Shown piece after piece: positions 41,436 through 50,565 of a stretch of 64,000 nt of DNA. Source of the stretch: an uncultured Spirochaetales bacterium. Its GTDB lineage: Bacteria > Myxococcota_A > UBA9160 > SMWR01. The notes beneath the pieces were generated by a model. It was given only the letters and a program-made list of their open reading frames with translations, made no database searches and was not told the DNA's origin. Both the position numbers and the translations under genes were made by a program. Location of the stretch: assembly GCA_964494795.1 (NCBI GenBank), contig CAZBSV010000005.1, positions 12,842-76,841 on the forward strand, given 5' to 3'. Within the stretch, counting starts at the first letter, position 1, and each line of letters begins with the position of its first letter.

Positions 41436-42995
41436 CTATACGCTCGGCGGGTAGCCGGTGAGGTCGATTTTGGGTCGGAACGAGCGGTAGAAATCGAGCA
41501 GCAGCGCCTCCGCGGCGGCTAGCCGCGAGGGGCTCGTCGCCCCCAAGGGCGTGCTGATTCGCACGGAAACGCCCTCTCGCGGCCGGCCCCAGGCGCTGTT
41601 GTCCAGCGCGAGCGCGTAGCGGAGGATTTCGTCCGCGAGGCCCCGGCTTCCCTGCGTCCAGTCGAGTGCCAGCTCTCGCCGATTCCCCGTCCCGAAGCGG
41701 ACCACGCTCAGCCGCGCCCGCGGGCCATCGAGCGGCAGCGCAACTTCGCGCAATTCATCCTCCCGCCACCAGCCGCTGCCGGGAAACGCGGTTTTGGGTG
41801 AAAGCGGACTCCCGTTGCGGGTTTCGAGATTGCCGACGCCGACGAACAGCCGCACCGACTCTCGGCCTCGCTTGTATTCGCGATCGACCCGCGCCCGGAA
41901 GCGCACGATTCCGAGATAGGCGAGATCCGTATTGAGCGCGGTGGACGTCCAGCCGTCCAATTCCTTGGGGATCTGGTTGTCCGGGAGGGGTAGCGACCCG
42001 CGCGCGGGTGCCTGCCAGCGCGGCAGCGTCTCGGAGAGGGTCACGAGCGCGCCCGCGATCAGCGCGCTGACGAGCAGCGGTCCGACGAGGCTGGTCTTCG
42101 CAGGTCGAGCGTCGCTCGACGCAGCGGCTCGCTTGGCGCGTGCGCGGCGGGGCAAGAATTTCTCCAGCACCCCGTCAATTCCATAGAGGATCAGCAGGCC
42201 GACGAGCAGCATCGCGATCCCCTGCATGGTGTGGATTTCGCCGATCTCCGAATGCGGGTTCAAGATCAGCGTGACGGCGCGAAGCCCGTTGACGCCGAAC
42301 GCGACCACGGGTGCCGCGACGAGTAGCAGCGCGGCGTGCAGTCCGCGGCGCCGAAACATGTCCAGCATCAGGAACGCGAGCATCGTGAGCGACTCGCAGG
42401 AGCGCAGGCCCGCGCAGGTTTCGATGATCGCGAAGTTCTGGTCCGGCTGGAGGATCTGGTCCCCGGTGACTGAAGTGGGAATCCCAAGCACGCGCAGCAC
42501 GAAACCCGTGTACTCGGCGGTCCAGATCTGCATCGCCCAGAGAACCTGATTGAGCAGCGCTGCGGGGATCCGCATCGCCAACACCAGAAACAACGTCGGC
42601 AGCGCGAGTATCCGGAGCGCTGGCGCGCCCCAGAGCAGTGCCCCGGTACCCATCAAGTGGAGCATCAGCGCGGGAACGAGCAGATCTTGCGCGCCGGTGT
42701 AGGTCGCCCAGGCGTAGATCGCGACGCAAGGCAGCAGCAGGCCGAGCGCGAGGCCGTATGCTGCGCGCCGCGGCAGCGCGAGCAGTCGATACCAGCGGCG
42801 GTAGACGAACCAGAGCGCGACAACGAGTGTCACGCCAGGGCCCGATGCGGTGCTGTGAAAAAACAGATTCTCCACTTCATGCTCGAGGTCGTAACTGCTC
42901 GTCGTGAAGAGGCCTTGGTAGGCGAGCGCGGATAGGATCAGCGCGAGCGCTGCGAGCGCGATGTAACGCCAATCGATGCTGCTGATGATGCTCAA
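41436..42995 (-). CDS. exosortase fused to a C-terminal EpsI-family domain
   Basis: TTG start. It is polytopic. The exosortase catalytic region is FAIIETCAGLRS, followed by NGLRAV and H-containing helices. After the last TM the periplasmic domain contains IPKELDGW...REYKRG...SPLSPKTAFPGSGWW, resembling EpsI. Confidence 0.85.
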   Translation of the reverse strand: MSIISSIDWRYIALAALALILSALAYQGLFTTSSYDLEHEVENLFFHSTASGPGVTLVVALWFVYRRWYRLLALPRRAAYGLALGLLLPCVAIYAWATYTGAQDLLVPALMLHLMGTGALLWGAPALRILALPTLFLVLAMRIPAALLNQVLWAMQIWTAEYTGFVLRVLGIPTSVTGDQILQPDQNFAIIETCAGLRSCESLTMLAFLMLDMFRRRGLHAALLLVAAPVVAFGVNGLRAVTLILNPHSEIGEIHTMQGIAMLLVGLLILYGIDGVLEKFLPRRARAKRAAASSDARPAKTSLVGPLLVSALIAGALVTLSETLPRWQAPARGSLPLPDNQIPKELDGWTSTALNTDLAYLGIVRFRARVDREYKRGRESVRLFVGVGNLETRNGSPLSPKTAFPGSGWWREDELREVALPLDGPRARLSVVRFGTGNRRELALDWTQGSRGLADEILRYALALDNSAWGRPREGVSVRISTPLGATSPSRLAAAEALLLDFYRSFRPKIDLTGYPPSV

Positions 42996-43091
42996 CGCAG
43001 CCTCCCGTTGCGGGCCGGATTTCCCGCCCTAGTCCATCGACCCGTAAGCGGCGATTCGTTACCGATGCGTGACGAAAGCGCGCGACGGACC

Positions 43092-43289
43092 CGGCGTGTT
43101 CGACGGGCCCGACCTGTTTGACAGGTGCGAGCTGTTTGACAGGCCCTAGCTGCTTGACAGGCGCGAGCTGCTTGACAGCCGCGAGCCGTTTGACAGCCGC
43201 GAGCCGTTTGACAGCCGCGAACCGTTTGACAGCCGCGAACCGTTTGACAGCCGCGAACCGTTTGACACCCGCGAGCCGTTTGACTGGAC
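43092..43289. repeat. 18-bp tandem repeat array, 11 copies, each carrying TTGACA
   Basis: The core unit CGAGCCGTTTGACAGCCG is perfect or near-perfect in the central copies and degenerate at both ends. It fills the gap between the lipoprotein gene stop (43297) and the exosortase start (42995). Confidence 0.95.
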
Positions 43290-43296
43290 ACCGCGA

Positions 43297-44166
43297 TCAA
43301 CGCTGCGGGGAGTCATGCGACCGCGAATCCGGCAGATCCTCGAAGCCGAAGAAGAGATCGTCATAGTAGACGTCCGCATGCAGCGCGGCCCCCTCGGGCT
43401 TGTCGTCCCAGCGGACCCCGAAGATCACCCCCAGCTTCTGGTACTTCTCCGGCAGAGTCCCCCAGAGCCGCTCGAAGTCGCTTTTCACCGGTAGATCGAA
43501 GTGCACCCAGGTTGCAAGTTCGGGTGGTCCATGGGCGATGATCGCCGTCTTGACGTTTCCCCCGTCATCGGGTTCTTCGGCGGGCCCCGCGAGCTGGTAG
43601 CGGACCTGTAGGTTGTTGAGTTCTGGGCTGATCTCCGTGTCAGCTGGATGATGCGACGCAACGATTTCGGGCGTGCGCGGGTCGCCGGCCGCGACGACGA
43701 TGATCTGTAGCTGGAGAATTCCCGATTCCGGGACATCCTCCCATCTCTCCACGCGATACCAGCCCGCAACCCTGTCGGGAAAGCGGGTTGGCGAGATTTC
43801 CTGGGGCGCGCTGACGAAGCGGACGGGGCGCTCTTGGTCTCCTGGCTGCCAGCTCGCGAGAAAGTAGGCGGAGCGATGGCCCGCGTGTACGGGCGCAGTC
43901 GCGAGTTCGAAATCGACCAACTTGCGGTCGCCGCCCTCTCCCCAGCCTTCCGTGTCCTCCTCGAAGCCCGGGTTTCGCAGTTGATTTCCGACGAGCAGAG
44001 GGGTTGGGGCCTGCCACTTCACATCGAGACGCTTCTGCACCGGAGGCGCTGCGTCGCCGCAGGACAGCACAGCGGCGGCGAGCATCAGCGCGACCGCGTG
44101 GCCGGCCCGCCTTGCTTGCGTTCGGTGCTCTACTTGCGTTCGTTGCTCTAGTATGGGCTTGGCCAT
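43297..44166 (-). CDS. hypothetical lipoprotein with CBM4/9-like sugar-binding signature
   Basis: Internal ATG at 44166. Lipobox LAAAVLSCGD. NPGFEEDTEGW is typical of the start of CBM_4_9-type beta-sandwiches. Confidence 0.55.
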   Translation of the reverse strand: MAKPILEQRTQVEHRTQARRAGHAVALMLAAAVLSCGDAAPPVQKRLDVKWQAPTPLLVGNQLRNPGFEEDTEGWGEGGDRKLVDFELATAPVHAGHRSAYFLASWQPGDQERPVRFVSAPQEISPTRFPDRVAGWYRVERWEDVPESGILQLQIIVVAAGDPRTPEIVASHHPADTEISPELNNLQVRYQLAGPAEEPDDGGNVKTAIIAHGPPELATWVHFDLPVKSDFERLWGTLPEKYQKLGVIFGVRWDDKPEGAALHADVYYDDLFFGFEDLPDSRSHDSPQR

Positions 44167-44299
44167 CGACGAGTTCGAGTATAGGGAGCACTGCGAGCCG
44201 TTTCGACCGATGTTGCGGCGTTCCAGCGCCGGTCGCGGAAACGCATCGCGCAGGGCGCGCCGCTTGCTTCGAACGCGATCCGATGCGCGAGGGGTTAGC

Positions 44300-44992
44300 G
44301 TGCCCATCTATCGTCTGACCGACGAGTTGATCTTTCCGCCAGCCGAACAGGCCGATTTCGGCGGACTGCTCGCGCTGGGTGGAGACCTCGAGCCGCGGCG
44401 CCTGCTGCTCGCTTACTCGCTGGGAATCTTCCCGTGGTACGAAGAAGGGCTCCCGATTCTCTGGCACAGCCCCGATCCGCGCATGGTGCTGCTTCCCTCG
44501 CGGCTGCGGGTTTCGCGCAGCCTTCGCAAGATCCTGCGCGATCCACCGTTCGAAATCCGACTCGACGGCGCGTTCGAGTCGGTGATTCGCGCGTGCGCGC
44601 GCATGCCGCGCGATGGGCAGCACGGGACCTGGATCACCGACGAAATGATCGATGCCTACACACGGCTCTTCGCGCTCGGCTACGCGCACTGCGCGGAGGC
44701 TTGGTCGGGTGACGAACTCGTCGGTGGACTCTACGGTGTGTCGCTAGGCGGTTGCTTTTTCGGCGAGTCGATGTTCGCGGCGCGCGCGAACGCGTCGAAA
44801 GCAGCGTTCGTGATGCTCGTCGAGCAGCTCGCGCGTTGGGGATTCGACCTGATCGACTGTCAGGTCCACACCGAGCACCTCGCGCGCTTTGGCGCGACAG
44901 CGTGGCCGCGCAGCCAGTTCTTGTCGGCTCTGAAGGCGTCACTCGGCCAGAAGACGCGCCGCGGTCACTGGCAGTTCGACGCTGAAAGCTGA
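44300..44992 (+). CDS. aat: leucyl/phenylalanyl-tRNA--protein transferase
   Basis: GTG at 44300 gives a ~230-aa protein. Motifs are LLLAYSLGIFPWY, WHSPDPRMVL and GGLYGVSLGGCFFGESMF. Confidence 0.85.
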   Translation: MPIYRLTDELIFPPAEQADFGGLLALGGDLEPRRLLLAYSLGIFPWYEEGLPILWHSPDPRMVLLPSRLRVSRSLRKILRDPPFEIRLDGAFESVIRACARMPRDGQHGTWITDEMIDAYTRLFALGYAHCAEAWSGDELVGGLYGVSLGGCFFGESMFAARANASKAAFVMLVEQLARWGFDLIDCQVHTEHLARFGATAWPRSQFLSALKASLGQKTRRGHWQFDAES

Positions 44993-45016
44993 GCGATTTG
45001 ACCGATTGCCGGGCGA

Positions 45017-46198
45017 TCAGCGGCCCAGCGGTTCGGGTCGAACCGTTGGCTGATCGAGTTCGGCGAGAATTCGCTGCCGATCCGCATCGAGCGCGGGTGC
45101 CGCTTGGCGTGTCGCCCGGTCCTCGTGCGCTGAGAACTTGATCGGATTGCCAGCCATCGTTAGCCTGCCGCCCGCGCCGTCGTCGACGGACAGCAGCATG
45201 TTTCGGGCCAGCAGCTGCGGATCCCGCATGACCTGGCCGATGTCATTGATGGGTCCACAGGGCAGCCCCGCGCTCTGAAGTGCTTCGAGCCAGGCGCTCG
45301 TCGTTCGCTTGGCGAGAGCCGCCTCGATCAGGCCTTTGAGGGCGTCCGCGTTCTGGTTCCGCTCGTCGTTGGTTCGAAAGCGCGCGTCGCGGGTCCATTC
45401 GGCTGCGCCGATCGTTTCGCATAGTTTCGCGAAGAGGTCGTCATTTCCGGCTGCGATTACAATGAAACCGTCTTGTGTCGAGAATGCATCGAAGGGCGCA
45501 ATCGACGGGTGGCGAGCGCCGATCGGTTTCGGAACCTCGCCCGTCACCGCGTAGCGCGCAATCGCATTCTCGAGAATGGCGACCTGGCAGTCGAGCAGGC
45601 TCACGTCGACGCGCTGCCCCGTTGTGCTGCGCTGGCGCTCGAGCAGGGCCGCCTGGATGCCGATCGCGGTGAACAGCCCCGCCGCGATGTCGCCGATCGA
45701 AGTTCCGACGCGGGTGGGTCGATCGCCCGCATGGCCGGTGACGCTCATGATTCCGCCCATCGCCTGCGCGATGACGTCGTAGGCGGGTCGCTGCGCGTAG
45801 GGGCCGCTCTGACCGAAGCCCGACGTGCTCGCGACGATCAGGCGCGGAAAGCGCGCGTGGAGTTCGTCCCAGCCGTATCCCAGACGCGCCATCGCGCCGG
45901 GGCGAAAATTCTCGACCAGCACGTCGGCTCGTGCGAGCAGCTTTTCGAACAGGGGCCGGTCTGCGGCGTGCTTGAGATCGAGCGCGATGCTCTGCTTGCC
46001 GCGATTGAGCGACATGAAATAGGCGGAGCGATCCCCGACGAAGGGTCCGATCTTTCTCGCGTCGTCTCCGCGGCCGGGCGCTTCGACTTTGATCACCCGC
46101 GCGCCAAGGTCCGCGAGCACCATCGTGCAATACGGGCCCGCGAGCACTCGAGTGAGATCGACGACGAGCAGGCCCGAGAGCGGTCCAGAGGCGGTCAA
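45017..46198 (-). CDS. family III CoA-transferase (CaiB/BaiF type)
   Basis: LSGLLVVDLTRVLAGPYCTMVLADLGARVIKVE...GDD. Confidence 0.85.
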   Translation of the reverse strand: MTASGPLSGLLVVDLTRVLAGPYCTMVLADLGARVIKVEAPGRGDDARKIGPFVGDRSAYFMSLNRGKQSIALDLKHAADRPLFEKLLARADVLVENFRPGAMARLGYGWDELHARFPRLIVASTSGFGQSGPYAQRPAYDVIAQAMGGIMSVTGHAGDRPTRVGTSIGDIAAGLFTAIGIQAALLERQRSTTGQRVDVSLLDCQVAILENAIARYAVTGEVPKPIGARHPSIAPFDAFSTQDGFIVIAAGNDDLFAKLCETIGAAEWTRDARFRTNDERNQNADALKGLIEAALAKRTTSAWLEALQSAGLPCGPINDIGQVMRDPQLLARNMLLSVDDGAGGRLTMAGNPIKFSAHEDRATRQAAPALDADRQRILAELDQPTVRPEPLGR

Positions 46199-46242
46199 GA
46201 GGCGGTCAAGAGACGGTCACGAGCTGCGGGATCGCCCGCCCG

Positions 46243-48036
46243 TCAGCTCTTGGCCGCTTCGAGCCGGTCTTGCATCGCGCGTAGCTCGTCGCGGAGCGGC
46301 TCGGGTAGATGAGTGCCGAACTGCGCGTAGTAGGCGTCTATCAACGGCAGCTCCGCGAGCCAGCCGTCGACATCCACCCGCAGCAGTTCCTTCACGTCGT
46401 CCCGCGAGATCTCGTCGAGGCCGCTCAGATCGAGCGCATCGTTCGCGGGAAGATTTCCGATCGGTGTCTCGATCGCCTTTGCGGTTCCCAGGCAGCGCTC
46501 GAAGATCCACTTGAGCACGCGGCCGTTCTCGCCGAAGCCCGGCCAGAGGAAGTCGCCCCCCGCGCTCTTACGGAACCAGTTGACGTAGTAGATCTTCGGG
46601 AGCTTCGCGCCGGCGCGGCGTCCGATCTTCAGCCAGTGCGCCCAATAGTCGGCCATGTTGTAGCCACAGAAGGGCAGCATCGCCATCGGATCCCGACGCA
46701 GCTCGCCAACCTTTCCCGCGGCCGCGGCGGTCTTTTCGCTGCTGATGATGGAGCCGAGAAAGGTGCCGTGCTGCCAGTCGCGCGCTTCGTTGACGAGCGG
46801 CACGACGGTCGCGCGGCGCCCGCCGAACAGGATCGCGCTGATCGGCACGCCCTTCGGATCTTCCCATTCCGGGGCGATCACGGGGCATTGGCTCGCGGGC
46901 GCGGTGAAGCGCGCATTCGCGTGTGCGGCCGGCCGGCCGCTCTTGGGCGTCCAGTCGTTGCCGTGCCAGTCCTTGAGCTTTGCGGGCGGCTCATCGGTCA
47001 TCTGCTCCCACCAGATGTCGCCGTCGGGAGTGAGCGCGCAGTTGGTGAAGAACGCGTTCCTGGTGATGCTCAGCATCGCGTTTGGGTTCGACTTCATGCT
47101 CGTGCCCGGCGCGACGCCGAAGAAACCCGCCTCGGGGTTGATGGCGTAGAGCCTCCCGTCGTCGCCGAATTTCATCCACGCGATGTCGTCGCCGATGGTC
47201 TCGACCTGCCAACCGTCGAGCGTCGGATTCATCATCGCGAGGTTGGTCTTGCCGCACGCGCTCGGGAACGCCGCGCACACGTAGCGGACCGCTGCTTCGG
47301 GTGAGGTGAGTTTGAGGATGAGCATGTGCTCGGCCATCCAGCCCTCGTCGCGCGCCATCGCCGAAGCGATGCGAAGCGCGAAGCACTTCTTGCCGAGAAG
47401 TGCGTTGCCGCCATAACCCGAGCCGTAGGACCAGATCTCGCGTGTCTCGGGAAAGTGCACGATGTATTTCTTTTCAGCGTTGCACGGCCAGGGCACGTCC
47501 TGTTCGCCGTCGCTGAGCGGTGCGCCGACCGAGTGGAGGCACGGCACGAACGCAGCGTTACCGAGCGTGTCGAGAACCCGCTTCCCGATGCGCGTCATCA
47601 CGCGCATGCTCGCCACCACGTAAGGGGAGTCCGTGATCTGAACGCCGATGTGCGCGATCGGAGAGCCGATCGGCCCCATGCTGAACGGGATCACGTACAG
47701 GGTGCGGCCCTGCATCGCGCCGTCGAACAGGCCCCGCAGCAGCGTCTTCATTTTGGCCGGGTCGCGCCAATTGTTGGTCGGGCCGGCGTCTTCCTCGCGC
47801 GCAGAGCAGATGTAGGTGCGGTCTTCGACCCGCGCGACGTCCGCGGGATCCGACCAGATCAGGTAGCTATTGGGTCGCTTGCTTTCGTTGAGCTTGCGGG
47901 CCGTTCCCGCGTCCAGCATCTGCTGGATCAATCGCCGGTTTTCGGCTTCGGAGCCGTCGCACCAGTGGACGTCGGTTGGTCGGCACAGGTCTTTGATTTC
48001 CTGAACCCATGCGTTCAGCTTCGCGTTCTCGCTCAT
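46243..48036 (-). CDS. pckG: phosphoenolpyruvate carboxykinase (GTP)
   Basis: 597 aa. [12 protein letters not shown] kinase-1a motif, [16 protein letters not shown], and YFVNW-type region (YYVNWFRK). Confidence 0.93.
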   Translation of the reverse strand: MSENAKLNAWVQEIKDLCRPTDVHWCDGSEAENRRLIQQMLDAGTARKLNESKRPNSYLIWSDPADVARVEDRTYICSAREEDAGPTNNWRDPAKMKTLLRGLFDGAMQGRTLYVIPFSMGPIGSPIAHIGVQITDSPYVVASMRVMTRIGKRVLDTLGNAAFVPCLHSVGAPLSDGEQDVPWPCNAEKKYIVHFPETREIWSYGSGYGGNALLGKKCFALRIASAMARDEGWMAEHMLILKLTSPEAAVRYVCAAFPSACGKTNLAMMNPTLDGWQVETIGDDIAWMKFGDDGRLYAINPEAGFFGVAPGTSMKSNPNAMLSITRNAFFTNCALTPDGDIWWEQMTDEPPAKLKDWHGNDWTPKSGRPAAHANARFTAPASQCPVIAPEWEDPKGVPISAILFGGRRATVVPLVNEARDWQHGTFLGSIISSEKTAAAAGKVGELRRDPMAMLPFCGYNMADYWAHWLKIGRRAGAKLPKIYYVNWFRKSAGGDFLWPGFGENGRVLKWIFERCLGTAKAIETPIGNLPANDALDLSGLDEISRDDVKELLRVDVDGWLAELPLIDAYYAQFGTHLPEPLRDELRAMQDRLEAAKS

Positions 48037-48169
48037 TCCAAGAAATCCTTGATTTTCTCGATTCTTGCGGCCTCGAATCAGCCGCGGGAAAGGCGAAAAG
48101 TCTAGCCCTTTCGCAGGTCCTCGCTGCTGATCCCAGCTGAAAATGTCGGCGCTCGCTCAGAAGGCGGGT

Positions 48170-48475
48170 TCAGAGATACGCAACAATCGCGCCAATCAGT
48201 CCTCCGAGCGTCAGCACCAGGTTCGCGAGCAGTGAGAATCCGAAGCCGAGGGCACGCTTCGGGGGATCGCGATAGTAGGCGCGGGCGAACAGCGCGCGAC
48301 CGAGGACGAAGACGAGCCCGAGGCCCGCGCCGATCGGCGCGCTCACGTAGTGGCCGAAGAGCAGCATCGCCGGAATGAAGACGATGAGCTGCTCGAGAGT
48401 GTTCTGCTGGGTGCGGAAGTAGCGCTCGAAGACCGGGATTCGCCGCCGCTCAGCGGCGCCGCGTAACCGGGCGGA
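48170..48475 (-). pseudogene. 5'-truncated MAPEG-family membrane protein remnant
   Basis: The ATG ORF 48170..48367 (65 aa) holds only the last two helices. The same frame upstream encodes the MAPEG loop motif (YFRTQQNTLEQLIVFIP). It hits an in-frame stop at 48476-48478 with no ATG/GTG/TTG in between, and it overlaps the tesB 3' end. Confidence 0.4.
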
Positions 48476-49343
48476 TCAGCCCTTCCTGGACGACCGAAAC
48501 CACCAGTCGGCCGTCGCGGCCGAATAGCCGCCCCGTGCTGAAACTCCGCGCGCCGCCCGCGCTCGGGCTCTGCTGATCGTAGAGCAGCCACTCGTCGGCG
48601 CGAAACTCCCGATGAAACCACATCGCGTGATCGAGGCTCGCAACCATGTGCGCGCCGTCCGACCACGAGATGCCGTGGGGCAGCGCGGCCGCTTCGAGCA
48701 GCGTCATGTCCGACGCAAACGCGACCACGCACTGGTGGAGCAGCGGGGAATCGGGCAGCTGTCCGTCCGCGCGCAGCCACACCTGCAACCGCGCCGGCAG
48801 CTTCGCGGGCGCGATCGGGTCGAAATGCGTGACGTGGCGGATGTCGATCGGGCGGTCCTTCGCGAGCCAGTGCTTGATCCGATCCGGCGAGCGGGCGGCG
48901 AGCTTCTCGACGAGTTCCGGTTGCGAGGCCAGCGGCTGCATGCGCTCGCGCCAGGTCGGCAGCGATTCAGGGTCGGGCACGTCGGGCATCTCGTCTTGAT
49001 GCTCGGGCCCGCGCTCCGCGCGCTGGAAAGAGGCTTCGAGGTGGAAGATCGCGCGGCCGTGCTGGATCGCGGTCACGCGCCGGGTCGTGAACGTCCGCCC
49101 ATCGCGCGTGCGGTCCACCTCGTAGAGGATCGGAATCGTCGAGTCGCCGGGCCTGAGGAAATACGCGTGAAAGGAGTGGGCGACGCCTTCTGCGACGCTG
49201 CGGCCCGCCGCGACGAGGGCCTGCGCGAGCACCTGGCCGCCGAAGACGCGCTGCCAGCCCTCCGTGCAGCGGCCGCGGAAGATGTTCACCTCGAGTTCCT
49301 CGAGGTCCAATAGCGCGATCAGGTTGTCGAGTGATTTTTGCAC
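48450..49343 (-). CDS. tesB: acyl-CoA thioesterase II
   Basis: GTG at 49343 gives VQKSLDNLIALLDLEELEVNIFRG...QVFGGQVLAQAL...HSFHAYFLRPGD...WFHREFRADEWLLY. It is colinear with E. coli TesB. Confidence 0.85.
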   Translation of the reverse strand: MQKSLDNLIALLDLEELEVNIFRGRCTEGWQRVFGGQVLAQALVAAGRSVAEGVAHSFHAYFLRPGDSTIPILYEVDRTRDGRTFTTRRVTAIQHGRAIFHLEASFQRAERGPEHQDEMPDVPDPESLPTWRERMQPLASQPELVEKLAARSPDRIKHWLAKDRPIDIRHVTHFDPIAPAKLPARLQVWLRADGQLPDSPLLHQCVVAFASDMTLLEAAALPHGISWSDGAHMVASLDHAMWFHREFRADEWLLYDQQSPSAGGARSFSTGRLFGRDGRLVVSVVQEGLIRPVTRRR

Positions 49344-49438
49344 GGCCGCCCGCAGTGGGTCGCGAAACGCGTAGCACGCGCGCTCCGGCGCAGCGAACGA
49401 CGCGCGGATACACTCCGCGCGAAGCCAGGAGGTGCAGC

Positions 49439-50035
49439 ATGTTCGGGACGTTCGCCGAAGACTTGAATGCGGTCGTCCGCAACGACCCCGCGGCGACCAG
49501 CCGGCTCGAGACGCTGCTCTGCCATCTGCCGCTCCACGCGATCTGGATCTACCGCGTCGCGCATTTCGCGCGCGAGCGCCTGCGGATCCCGATCCTGCCG
49601 CGGCTGTTGTCCGCACTCGCGTGCGTCTGGTCGGGAGTCGAGATCCACCCGGGCGCGCGCATCGGCCGGGCCTTCTTCATCGATCACGGGATGGGCGTGG
49701 TGATCGGCGAGACCGCGGAAATCGGCGACCGCTGCGTGATGTTTCACAACGTGACGCTCGGAGGAACCGGTAAGCACGGCGGCAAGCGACATCCGACGCT
49801 CGGCGACAACGTGCTGGTCGGAACCGGCGCCACGCTGCTCGGGCCGATCGAGGTCGGCTCGAATGCGAAGATCGGCGCGGGCTCCTTCGTTCGCATGCAC
49901 GATGTGCCGCCCGACAGCACCGCGGTCGGCACGCCCGCACGGCTGGTCAAGCGGGCCGGCGTGCGGGTCGACGAGGAACTGCCGCGCACGAAGCTATCGG
50001 AGCGCTCGATTCCGGTCGCGGAGCGAGCAGACTGA
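49439..50035 (+). CDS. cysE: serine O-acetyltransferase
   Basis: AGGAGG at 49427-49432 precedes the ATG at 49439. Hexapeptide-repeat core is GVEIHPGARIGRAFFIDHGMGVVIGETAEIGD...LGGTGK. Confidence 0.88.
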   Translation: MFGTFAEDLNAVVRNDPAATSRLETLLCHLPLHAIWIYRVAHFARERLRIPILPRLLSALACVWSGVEIHPGARIGRAFFIDHGMGVVIGETAEIGDRCVMFHNVTLGGTGKHGGKRHPTLGDNVLVGTGATLLGPIEVGSNAKIGAGSFVRMHDVPPDSTAVGTPARLVKRAGVRVDEELPRTKLSERSIPVAERAD

Positions 50036-50061
50036 CTGGCGGCTTCGCCGCCGCCGCCAAT

Positions 50062-50150
50062 CTTGCGCGCTACACGAATGGCTGAACGAGGGGCCTGCGC
50101 TTCGCGCGCTACACGGGCGGCTGAACGCGGAGCCTGCGCTTCGCGCGCGA
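50062..50150. repeat. 38/39-bp tandem repeat, about 2.3 copies
   Basis: CTTGCGCGCTACACGAATGGCTGAACGAGGGGCCTGCG / CTTCGCGCGCTACACGGGCGGCTGAACGCGGAGCCTGCG / CTTCGCGCGCGA. It contains the stop and last ~13 codons of the minus-strand gene 50109..50480. Confidence 0.9.
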
Positions 50151-50480
50151 GCGATCTTCTGGTTCGGGCCGCCAGCGGTAGCGCTCGAGTTCGATGCGAC
50201 CCGCGGCGTCGAACTCGACACCTTCGCGCTCGAGCCGTTGGCGTTGCAGCGAATCGTCGCCGGGGTCCGAGCGCGCGCTGATCTCGCCGCGCGCGTTGAC
50301 GACCCGATGCCACGGCACCGCGCGCTCGCTCGTGAGCGCGTGCAGCGCGTAACCGACCTGCCGCGCGTGGCCGCCGAGGCCTGCGAGTTCGGCGACCTGT
50401 CCGTAGCTGGCGACGCGCCCGTGCGGGATGCGGCGAACCACCGCGTAGATCCGATCGTAATTGCTCTCGCCCGACTCCAC
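50109..50480 (-). CDS. alkyltransferase-like (ATL) protein, MGMT DNA-binding domain without the acceptor cysteine
   Basis: IPHGRVASYGQVA...VPWHRVVNARGEIS. The PCHRV acceptor motif reads PWHRV. Confidence 0.8.
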   Translation of the reverse strand: MESGESNYDRIYAVVRRIPHGRVASYGQVAELAGLGGHARQVGYALHALTSERAVPWHRVVNARGEISARSDPGDDSLQRQRLEREGVEFDAAGRIELERYRWRPEPEDRSRAKRRLRVQPPV

Positions 50481-50565
50481 GGCGCGGATTGTGACCCAAC
50501 TCGATGCGCTCGAAAAGTCTGCGCGGCATCCGCTCCGCGCGCGTCGGCGCTACGCTGGGCGGGCC

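Noticed and set aside
43092-43289. CRISPR array
   Set aside because: The repeats are only 18 bp and directly abutting with no unique spacers. No cas genes are in the window. It is a plain tandem repeat.
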